DNA of 45,447 nt from an uncultured Cytophagia bacterium (GTDB lineage: Bacteria > Zhuqueibacterota > Zhuqueibacteria > Oceanimicrobiales > CAZGRP01), in assembly GCA_964527995.1 (NCBI GenBank), contig CAZGRP010000025.1:14998-60444 (forward strand), in the 5' to 3' direction. How positions within the stretch are numbered: the first letter of the stretch is position 1; each line of letters opens with the position of its first letter. This document shows positions 27,168-34,691 of this stretch, in pieces. The position numbers and the translations under genes are program-made. The notes under the pieces are model-generated. The model had not been told where the DNA came from and ran no database searches. It worked only from the letters and a program-made list of their open reading frames with translations.

Positions 27168-28442
27168 TTGGACCTCATTTCCTCATTGCGGAAACTCTGG
27201 AAACCGATCGCAACGGTAGTGGGCCCTGCCGCCGTGATGACGGCTGGCATCATGGGCGCCGGCTCGACCACGTCGCTGGTGTTGAGCGGCACCTATTTTG
27301 GCTACAGCCTCCTGTGGATCGCCGTGGTGACTCTGCCCGTCGTGGTGATCGCCGAAGAATCCGCCTCGCGCATCGGCATTATGGCTGGCAACCAGGGGAT
27401 GTTCAGCATCATCCGCGACCGCACACATCCGGTGGTGCCGTGGCTACTGCTGGTCACGATTCTGCCGCTCGCGGTGCTTGGAAACATGTCACAGACCAAG
27501 GTCATGGTCCACAGTCTGCTGACGATCGCCGGCATTGAGCAGCCGGACTTCACTGTCACGGCCGTGACCACGGCCCTGGTCGTCCTGCTGACCATGGCCA
27601 CGGTGTTGCTGGGCGGCTACCGGCGTATCGAGCGCATCATGACTTCGTTGCTCTTTCTGATCGCCCTGGCCTTTTTGCTGGTCGCGGCGAAGGGCTTCGC
27701 CGAGATCGGCGACATCGCCAAGGGGCTGGTGCCGCGCGTCCCTCCCGATGCGGGCGGCCGGAGTGCGGTGCACTACATCGCCGCCATCGCCGGAGGTGCC
27801 GTCGCTGCTACAGCCATCCTTTCGTTCCCCTATTTTACTGCCGAAGCCGGCTACCGCCGCGAGGACATCCCGAGCGGATTCAAGAAGGCCGTGCTCACCC
27901 TCGGCGTCATCTTCGGCATCTATTCGGTGACGGTCCTGGTCGCCGGCGGCTCGGTGCTGCACAAACTTCCGAACGCCACCGAGATTCAAACGGCGGCGCA
28001 GGCAGGACGCGTTCTCGGGCCCGTGCTCGGCCGCTGGAGCGTTTTTGCGTTCTCGCTGGGTCTGGCCGCCTGTGCCTACAGCACCTTCGTGATCGTAGCG
28101 CAGTTGTCCACCTACTTCATCCTCGACACGTTGAAGCTCGATTGGCACTTCCGCCCTGACAACCAGCATTTCCGCTGGGTTTTCGCAGCGGCCATGGCGC
28201 TGCCCGGGCTGCTCTCGGCCTTCTGGAGCTTCCCAGCGCTCTTGGCCATCGTCCTGTCCATGGCCCTGGGCGTCATCATCACGCCCTTCGCGATCGTCCT
28301 GGTGATGTACCTGATCAACAAACCCGAACTGATGAACGGCTACCGGGCCAGTTGGGTGCGCAATGCCATCCTTTTCCTCGGCCTCGGCCTGAGCCTCTGG
28401 ATCGCGCTTCGGCAAGTCCTTCCCTATTTGACTGGAGGGTAA
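27168..28442 (+). CDS. Nramp-fold (MntH-like) membrane transporter lacking the canonical DPGN metal-binding motif
   Basis: 424 aa, ~11 TM segments. TTG start with AAGGAGG 5 nt upstream. 'GPAAVMTAGIMGAGSTTS...FGYSLLWIAVVTLPVVVIAEESASRIGIMAGN' aligns with Nramp TM1-TM3 (GPGFLMSIA.LDPGN...GYKLLW...E.SARLG). The D-P-G-N metal ligands are replaced by M-G-A-G-S. The stop is 3 nt before the heparinase-like gene's start. Confidence 0.55.
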   Translation: MDLISSLRKLWKPIATVVGPAAVMTAGIMGAGSTTSLVLSGTYFGYSLLWIAVVTLPVVVIAEESASRIGIMAGNQGMFSIIRDRTHPVVPWLLLVTILPLAVLGNMSQTKVMVHSLLTIAGIEQPDFTVTAVTTALVVLLTMATVLLGGYRRIERIMTSLLFLIALAFLLVAAKGFAEIGDIAKGLVPRVPPDAGGRSAVHYIAAIAGGAVAATAILSFPYFTAEAGYRREDIPSGFKKAVLTLGVIFGIYSVTVLVAGGSVLHKLPNATEIQTAAQAGRVLGPVLGRWSVFAFSLGLAACAYSTFVIVAQLSTYFILDTLKLDWHFRPDNQHFRWVFAAAMALPGLLSAFWSFPALLAIVLSMALGVIITPFAIVLVMYLINKPELMNGYRASWVRNAILFLGLGLSLWIALRQVLPYLTGG

Positions 28443-28445
28443 GTC

Positions 28446-31400
28446 ATGCTGCTTCGGCGTTTCGGCACATTTCTCCGTATTCTGTCCGCATTATTGATCG
28501 CAAGTCAACCACTATGGGCACAGGGGCCTGCGGTTGTCTACGAAGCCTACACGTTCAGGCAGGATTTCGAGAGCGGCGAGAACACCGGTTGGGCCAGCTA
28601 TCCACCGGCGCAGGACACCGCCTACGATCCCGGCCTCTACCCCACCTCGGAGACGCATCCAGCCGGCAGCCAATATGCGCTGATGCGCGAGCGCCGGCAG
28701 GGATTCGTCGGCCCGCTCGATATCGGCGTGATCCGCAAAGTGCGCCTGCGTGTCACCGAACAATCCACCCTGCGATTCGATTTCAATCTCAAAGACTACG
28801 GCGGCGCCAGCAGCTTCGAGGCCGTCGTCGCGGCTGCCGACGGCAAACAGTATCACTATGCCGTGCCGGCCTGGCAAAGCGGCCAGTGGCAGACAGTCAC
28901 AGCCCCACTCTCCAGGTTTGTGGCCCAGGGACAGGCTCTGCCCTCTGGAGCGGAAGTGCAGGCGATCTATTTCAAGGCGACCATCCCGGAGAGCGACCCG
29001 GATGTCGTCTATCGACTGGCTGTCGACAATGTCGAGCTCACAGGGCAGCGAAAGGCCGACTTCCAGATCTTGCAGCCCGAAACCGCCTACCTGGAGCACT
29101 GGCACCGCTGGGTTTCAGTCAGGCATTATCACCGCGGCGAGAATGTGCTGATTCAGGTAACGCCGCCGAAAGCAGCCGGTCGCCTGAAGGAAGCCTGGGC
29201 CAGCCTCTACGCGCCGAACGGCGCACAGGTGGTGAAGAAGAGGCGTTTGCAACGCGTTGACACAGGATCCCCGGTCGGGCGGTGGGGTACCTCAGGGCTG
29301 TACCGCATCCGCTCCAACGATCCCTTCGGAATCTGGCGAGTGGAGGTTGGCGGTAAGGATCGCCGTGGACGGAGCATTTCTACCTCGATGACCTTCTGGG
29401 TGACGCCTGAGCCTGGCCGCCTGGGTCATCCGCGGCTTTTCTTCAGCGCCAACGACGTCCCCCGCTATCAGGCCCTCGCCGCCGGTGCCGGCAAGCAGCT
29501 CTGGCAAAAGCTCGTCGATAAGGCGGCGAAGCTGAGGCAGGAACTGAACCTCGACCGCATCCGGGGAGCACAGATCGGCGCCATGGACCGGCGCTTCCTG
29601 CTGCCGACTCTGCGCGGATATTTCGACATCATCTCCCCGCTCACTGACTTTCTGGGCACCAACTCTATCGTGTACGCCATCACCGGCGACGATACGGTCG
29701 GCAACGCTCTGAAAGATGCCGTGCTGGCCGCGGCGCAAATGGAACAGTGGACCCCTCCCTGGTTCGTAACCCGCGGCCAGCCGACTTATTATCCCATCGG
29801 CCGACTGGCGTACCAGGTAGCCTTCGCCTACGACGTGCTCTACAACCGCCTGAGCCAGGAGGAACGCCAGGTGATTCGGGACGGGCTGAGGCGTCTGATC
29901 ATCCAGCCGGCATATCAGGAGTATGTCGTGGACAATCGCGTCCCCTTCAGCACCAGCAACTGGATCTGCCACGTCACTGGCGGCGCACTGCTGGCCGCGA
30001 CCTCCATCTACGGAGACGATCCAAATCAGGGAGATCTCGAGCCCTACCTTTCCGGACTGCTGGCAAAAATGACCACCGTGATCTCCTCCACCCTCGGACC
30101 GGCCGGAAGCTGGGGCGAAGGCTACAGCTATGAACGTTTCGCCTTCGAATCACTGACCCCGGCGCTGGCGGCGCTGGAACGAAATTTCGACATCCGCGTT
30201 TTCGACCGAACTCCTCTGGCGAACGCCTTGTACTTGCCGCTCTATGCCTACAGCGCGCCCGAATTGCTCGATTTCGGAGACACCTCAGATCATCTCTACA
30301 GCAGCGGTCCCTTCGCCTGGCTGGCGTGGCGTGCCGCAAACCCCTACTGGAAATGGTTCAACGAGCAGGCTGGTAGGAACGATGTGCAGAGCTTTATCTG
30401 GTTTGCCCCGGAGTTGTCCGCGAAGGCTCCAGCCGATCTGCCAACCTCACGCTACTTCCCCAAAGTGGGCAGCGCTGTATTTCGCACCGGATGGTCGCCT
30501 GACGACATTCTCTTCCACTTCCGTGCCGGGCCGTTCGTCAACCATCAGCACTTCGACCAGGGCAGCTTCCTGCTGCAGGCCTTCGGCGAGGCCCTGGTGA
30601 CCGAAGGCGGTAAGAGCCACTACTACGACGACCCGTACTACCAGACCTACTTCATCCAGGCTGCGGGTCACAACACGGTGCTGATCAACGGCAATCCCGG
30701 AAGCCAGCGCAGCGGTGATCTAAGAAGCGACGCGGTCGCTCTGGACAGCTCAGCAGCCATCACCGACCACCTGACCACACCGTTCCTCGACATGGTCTCC
30801 GCCCGCCTCGAACGCCTGTACCGTGGGAAACTCAGTCGGTTCGAACGCACGGTTCTCTTCCTGAAGCCGGACTACTTTGTCATCTTCGATCGCCTGCGCT
30901 CAACCGGCGAGCCGCTCACCTATGACTGGCTGCTGCACGGTCCCAGGTACGATGGCCTACGAGTCAACACCGCGTATGCGGAAATCGCCGGCAAGCGGGC
31001 GAGTCTCCTGGTCAAGGTGGTCGCGCCTTCGGACGCACAGGTGGAAAGGAAAGAGGCACCCATCCCCATCGCTGAGGTGCTGCACCCAGAGTCTCCTGGC
31101 CTGCGAGTCCCGGGTTACTTCCAGGTGAGCAACCCCACGCCGAGGGTGAGCGAGGAGTTCCTCGTGGTTCTCTACCCGGAACGCCGCCCCGCCACCGATG
31201 GCGCGGCAGAGAGGCAGATGCAGCGGTTGGCCCAGCGGGTTGTGAGGATCGAGGCAGAGGGTTTCGTCGGCGTCGAAGTGACTCGCGGCGAGGCTGTCGA
31301 CCGCATCTACTTTCGCAGCCAAGACGGGAAGCGGATTCTGCAGGATGCCGATCTCACAGCGGATGCTGCTGCTTTGGCTGTCACCCGGGAACAAGGAGCG

Positions 31401-31685
31401 CTGCGACGCGTTTTCTTGCGCAGCGGCACCTTCGTTCAAGTCTCCGGCGAAAAGCTTCTGGCCACGGATCGGCCCCTGACGGCAACAGCCCTGCTGACGC
31501 AGGGGCAAGCCCGATGGCAGTTCAATTCGCCCGAAGCCACCAGTGTCTCCCTCACCCTGCCTGCCGCACCGGGCAGCGTCAGGATGGACGGGAAGCCTGT
31601 TCGGCGAGTCAACTTCAGCAAGAGCGAGGGGCGTCTGCGACTCTACCTCCCGGCAGGGCAACACAGTCTCGAACTAGCGTACTGA
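28446..31685 (+). CDS. secreted heparinase II/III-like polysaccharide lyase family protein with N-terminal beta-sandwich and alginate-lyase-like (alpha/alpha) domains
   Basis: 1079 aa. Signal 'LRILSALLIASQPLWAQG'. C-terminal block 'VNHQHFDQGSFLLQAFGEALVTEGG...AAGHNTVLINGNPGSQR' matches the heparinase II/III-like domain (H..D.GSF / HNT). The preceding (alpha/alpha) toroid region begins 'HPRLFFSANDVPRYQ'. Confidence 0.65.
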   Translation: MLLRRFGTFLRILSALLIASQPLWAQGPAVVYEAYTFRQDFESGENTGWASYPPAQDTAYDPGLYPTSETHPAGSQYALMRERRQGFVGPLDIGVIRKVRLRVTEQSTLRFDFNLKDYGGASSFEAVVAAADGKQYHYAVPAWQSGQWQTVTAPLSRFVAQGQALPSGAEVQAIYFKATIPESDPDVVYRLAVDNVELTGQRKADFQILQPETAYLEHWHRWVSVRHYHRGENVLIQVTPPKAAGRLKEAWASLYAPNGAQVVKKRRLQRVDTGSPVGRWGTSGLYRIRSNDPFGIWRVEVGGKDRRGRSISTSMTFWVTPEPGRLGHPRLFFSANDVPRYQALAAGAGKQLWQKLVDKAAKLRQELNLDRIRGAQIGAMDRRFLLPTLRGYFDIISPLTDFLGTNSIVYAITGDDTVGNALKDAVLAAAQMEQWTPPWFVTRGQPTYYPIGRLAYQVAFAYDVLYNRLSQEERQVIRDGLRRLIIQPAYQEYVVDNRVPFSTSNWICHVTGGALLAATSIYGDDPNQGDLEPYLSGLLAKMTTVISSTLGPAGSWGEGYSYERFAFESLTPALAALERNFDIRVFDRTPLANALYLPLYAYSAPELLDFGDTSDHLYSSGPFAWLAWRAANPYWKWFNEQAGRNDVQSFIWFAPELSAKAPADLPTSRYFPKVGSAVFRTGWSPDDILFHFRAGPFVNHQHFDQGSFLLQAFGEALVTEGGKSHYYDDPYYQTYFIQAAGHNTVLINGNPGSQRSGDLRSDAVALDSSAAITDHLTTPFLDMVSARLERLYRGKLSRFERTVLFLKPDYFVIFDRLRSTGEPLTYDWLLHGPRYDGLRVNTAYAEIAGKRASLLVKVVAPSDAQVERKEAPIPIAEVLHPESPGLRVPGYFQVSNPTPRVSEEFLVVLYPERRPATDGAAERQMQRLAQRVVRIEAEGFVGVEVTRGEAVDRIYFRSQDGKRILQDADLTADAAALAVTREQGALRRVFLRSGTFVQVSGEKLLATDRPLTATALLTQGQARWQFNSPEATSVSLTLPAAPGSVRMDGKPVRRVNFSKSEGRLRLYLPAGQHSLELAY

Positions 31686-31698
31686 CCAAGGAGCAACG

Positions 31699-32727
31699 AT
31701 GGAGAAGTTGGGTATTGGAGTCATCGGACTCGGCATCATGGGCCGGCAGTATCTCACCGTGTACCAGCGAAATCCCAACACCGAGGTCCGCGCCGTGGCC
31801 AATCGTTCGTCCCAGCGACTCGCCCAGGTGGCGTCGGACTTCGGTATCGATGAGCGGAATCGATACCAGGACTACAGGAAGTTGCTGGAGCGAGCCGATG
31901 TCGATGCGGTTTGCGTGGCCACTCCCGATTTTGCCCACACCGAGATCGTGCTGGACGCCCTCGACGCCGGCAAACACGTGCTCGTGGAGAAACCGATGAC
32001 AACTTCCACTGCCGAGGCCGACCGCATCGTTTCCAGGGTGCGGGACACAGGGCTGAAGCTGCAGGTGGCGTACAATCACCGCTGGCTGCCGGTCTACTAC
32101 CACGCGCACTCCCTCATCAAAAGTGGCGAAATCGGCGATCCGGTCATGGGATTCGCCCGCAAGAACGACACCCTCTTCGTTGCCACAGAGATGATCAACT
32201 GGGCGGCACAAACCTCGCCGACCTACTTCCTGAACTCCCACGATGTCGACCTCATGCGCTGGTACTTCGACAGCGAGGCGGTGGAGGCACGGGGCTACGG
32301 CCGTAAGGGGGTCCTCAGCGCCCGTGGCATCGATGCTTACGATGTGGTGCAGGGCCAGGTGAAATTCGCCAACGGCGCCTTCGCCACCTTCGAGTCCGGA
32401 TGGATCTATCCGAACACCTTCCCGACCATCGTCGACTCCTTTGTGGAAGTGATCGGCACGCGAGGGCATCTACATCTGCCGCGCAAGGCAGAATCGATGG
32501 AGATGAGCACTGAGAAGGCCTTCACCTACCCGCGGACTCTGTTGTTCAACGACATCTTCGGCCAACTCGGCGGGGCTTTTCCCGCCTGCCTGAATCATTT
32601 CGTCGAGTGCATTCTGCAGGACCGTGAGCCGGTAACGAATGCTGTCGAAGGCCGCCAGGTGACGGCGATCCTCGAGGCCATCATGACGTCGGTGGAGCGG
32701 GGCGGTGAGACGGTGAAGGTGAAGTGA
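31699..32727 (+). CDS. Gfo/Idh/MocA-family oxidoreductase (3 of 3)
   Basis: 342 aa. 'LGIGVIGLGIMGRQY', 'GKHVLVEKPMT'. 13 bp after the lyase-like gene. Confidence 0.8.
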   Translation: MEKLGIGVIGLGIMGRQYLTVYQRNPNTEVRAVANRSSQRLAQVASDFGIDERNRYQDYRKLLERADVDAVCVATPDFAHTEIVLDALDAGKHVLVEKPMTTSTAEADRIVSRVRDTGLKLQVAYNHRWLPVYYHAHSLIKSGEIGDPVMGFARKNDTLFVATEMINWAAQTSPTYFLNSHDVDLMRWYFDSEAVEARGYGRKGVLSARGIDAYDVVQGQVKFANGAFATFESGWIYPNTFPTIVDSFVEVIGTRGHLHLPRKAESMEMSTEKAFTYPRTLLFNDIFGQLGGAFPACLNHFVECILQDREPVTNAVEGRQVTAILEAIMTSVERGGETVKVK

Positions 32728-32799
32728 CGGCAGCAATGACTGGAGACAGGCGTAACCAGGACCGAGAACCATGGCCAATACCGGAGGAAAAGAGAGCCG

Positions 32800-33735
32800 A
32801 TGAGACTGCTGACGTTTGAAACGAAAGGACAAACACGGATCGGGGCGCTGATACAGGGTGACAGGGTTGTCGATCTCAACCGCGCCGCCCAGGAGCTGCT
32901 CGGTCTCTCAGGAGGGGCACCTCTGGGTGAGGACATGCGTGCATTCCTTTCGGCCGGAGAGGGTGCCGCGCAGGCTGCCGCGCAGATCATCTCTCGAATC
33001 GAAGAGCTGCTCGACTCGAATGCCGCGGCTGTTCCAGCGGACACTCTCTTCGATCTGGCGGCCGTGAGGCTGCGTGCGCCCATCACCAATCCTCAGAAGA
33101 TTCTCGCGGTGGGACTCAACTACCGCGATCACTGCGAGGAAAACCACCTCGACCCGCCGGAACACCCGATCATGTTCGCCAAGTTGACGTCCGCCGTCAT
33201 CGGCCCTGGTGACCCCATCTTGTGGCCACCCGAGGTGACCGATCAGGTCGATTATGAAGCCGAGTTCGCCTTCGTGGTGGGCCGGCAGGCGCGTTCCATC
33301 TCTGTCGACGAGGCCCTGGACTATGTTTTCGGGTATACAATCCTCAACGACGTCTCGGCGCGCGATCTGCAATTCGCCGACGGCCAGTGGGTGCGGGCCA
33401 AATCACTCGACACCTTCTGCCCCATCGGCCCGACGCTGGTCAGCATGGACGAGTTCCCCTACCCTCCTGCGCTCGAGATCAGTTGTAGCGTCAACGGCCG
33501 CAGGCTGCAACATTCCAACACCCGCCACCTGATTTTCGGCGTGGCCGATCTGCTGAGCTTCATCAGCCAGACCTGCACCCTCTATCCAGGGGACATCGTT
33601 TCCACCGGCACACCCGGAGGCGTCGGCTACTACCAGAAGCCGCAGGTCTTCCTGAAGCCGGGCGACGAGGTGACGGTTGAAATCGAAGGACTCGGCGCGC
33701 TGACCAACCCCGTGGGAACGTGGCGGCGGGAGTAG
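32800..33735 (+). CDS. fumarylacetoacetate-hydrolase (FAH) family protein, likely a 2-keto-3-deoxy sugar-acid dehydratase/hydratase
   Basis: 311 aa. 'KILAVGLNYRDHCEE', 'YEAEFAFVVG', 'GYTILNDVSARDLQ', 'GDIVSTGTPGGVG' are characteristic FAH-fold blocks. Confidence 0.75.
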   Translation: MRLLTFETKGQTRIGALIQGDRVVDLNRAAQELLGLSGGAPLGEDMRAFLSAGEGAAQAAAQIISRIEELLDSNAAAVPADTLFDLAAVRLRAPITNPQKILAVGLNYRDHCEENHLDPPEHPIMFAKLTSAVIGPGDPILWPPEVTDQVDYEAEFAFVVGRQARSISVDEALDYVFGYTILNDVSARDLQFADGQWVRAKSLDTFCPIGPTLVSMDEFPYPPALEISCSVNGRRLQHSNTRHLIFGVADLLSFISQTCTLYPGDIVSTGTPGGVGYYQKPQVFLKPGDEVTVEIEGLGALTNPVGTWRRE

Positions 33736-33853
33736 ACTGGTGTGCATTCGCTGAAGCGGCCGCAGGAGAAGGAGCGCCAGCCACCACCAGACAACAGTGC
33801 GGGCGGTGGTGCCATGATCCGTTCCTAGTCCAGCCCCCGGCAGCCTGAAAAGT

Positions 33854-33930
33854 CGACTCACAATTCTGAGTCGGGAAGTAGACTTTCGCCTTGACTCAGT
33901 CGCCCAGGTTTCTTATCTTTGGGTCGAGTC
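33854..33930 (+). promoter_or_regulatory. array of GAGTCA/TGACTC-type sites (CGACTCA-N6-TGAGTCG inverted repeat 33854..33873; TGACTCAGTCG 33893..33902 overlapping a TTGACT -35; CGAGTCA 33924..33930) upstream of the lipoprotein / M6-protease unit
   Basis: Read directly. A putative TTGACT(33891..33896)-17-TATCTT promoter lies within the array. Confidence 0.35.
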
Positions 33931-34113
33931 ACTTCCATCGCCGCTCACCATATGCAAAACACCGGGGATATCTGTTGCGGCCATCCATCCTCGCCTCCTG
34001 TCGAAGGCAAACCTCCGCCATACCTTCTCGAGCACTGCAGGACTACAATCCGCCGGCGACAAAGCATTCAGATCTAAGCTCATCCACCGATATTCATTCC
34101 AGGAGCTGAGAAC

Positions 34114-34593
34114 ATGCCAGTCTACCGTCTCTGGTGCCGCAGTGTTGTCTTGCTAACCCTCGCTGTCGTCTTTCTGTCCTCTGGTTGCACCCGCTCCTCT
34201 GAAAAGCAGCAACCGGGCGCAGCCGCCGGGCCGGGAGAACAGACACTGTCCAAGCCTGCGGCGGGCGCCATCGTGGATAATCGCAGTCGCGTTGTCGCCA
34301 CGGTCGTTGAATCGGTACCATTGAAAGCCCCCAATTTCCGGCTGCGCCTCCGTGTCGAGGCGGTCGAGCCTGTTGAGGGATACGCCAGCCTGGCGCAGGT
34401 GGGGGACGTCATCGACGTCTACCCCAACTTCGTGCGCAAGGAAGGCAGAGCCCTGGACCCAGGCGCTCCAGAGAATCGACACATGGCCGAGGCCCGGTCC
34501 CTGAAGCCTGGCGACAAGATTTCTGCCGTTGTCTACCGTCGTGATCACAAAACCCAGGGCTCGTGGCTGCTCATGAGCTGGCAGCGTCGCTGA
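34114..34593 (+). CDS. small lipoprotein of unknown function, co-oriented 98 bp upstream of the M6 protease
   Basis: 159 aa. Lipobox 'VVFLSSGC'. RBS AGGAG 8 nt upstream. No recognisable enzymatic motif. Confidence 0.5.
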   Translation: MPVYRLWCRSVVLLTLAVVFLSSGCTRSSEKQQPGAAAGPGEQTLSKPAAGAIVDNRSRVVATVVESVPLKAPNFRLRLRVEAVEPVEGYASLAQVGDVIDVYPNFVRKEGRALDPGAPENRHMAEARSLKPGDKISAVVYRRDHKTQGSWLLMSWQRR

Positions 34594-34691
34594 CGCGGCC
34601 GCCTTCGGGCCATCCCTTGTCGTCGCCAGATCGCCACAGGATGTCTCTCAATGGCTGAGAGATAACGGACCATCATCAGGAGGAACTCATC

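Noticed and set aside
27168-28442. Calling the Nramp-fold protein a canonical Mn/Fe transporter (MntH)
   Set aside because: The D-P-G-N metal-ligand motif in TM1 is replaced by M-G-A-G-S. Fold assignment is kept but substrate is left open.
33891-34109. 72-aa ORF in the 378-bp intergenic region upstream of the lipoprotein
   Set aside because: Low-complexity translation, no RBS, and it overlaps the predicted promoter and 5' leader. Treated as non-coding.
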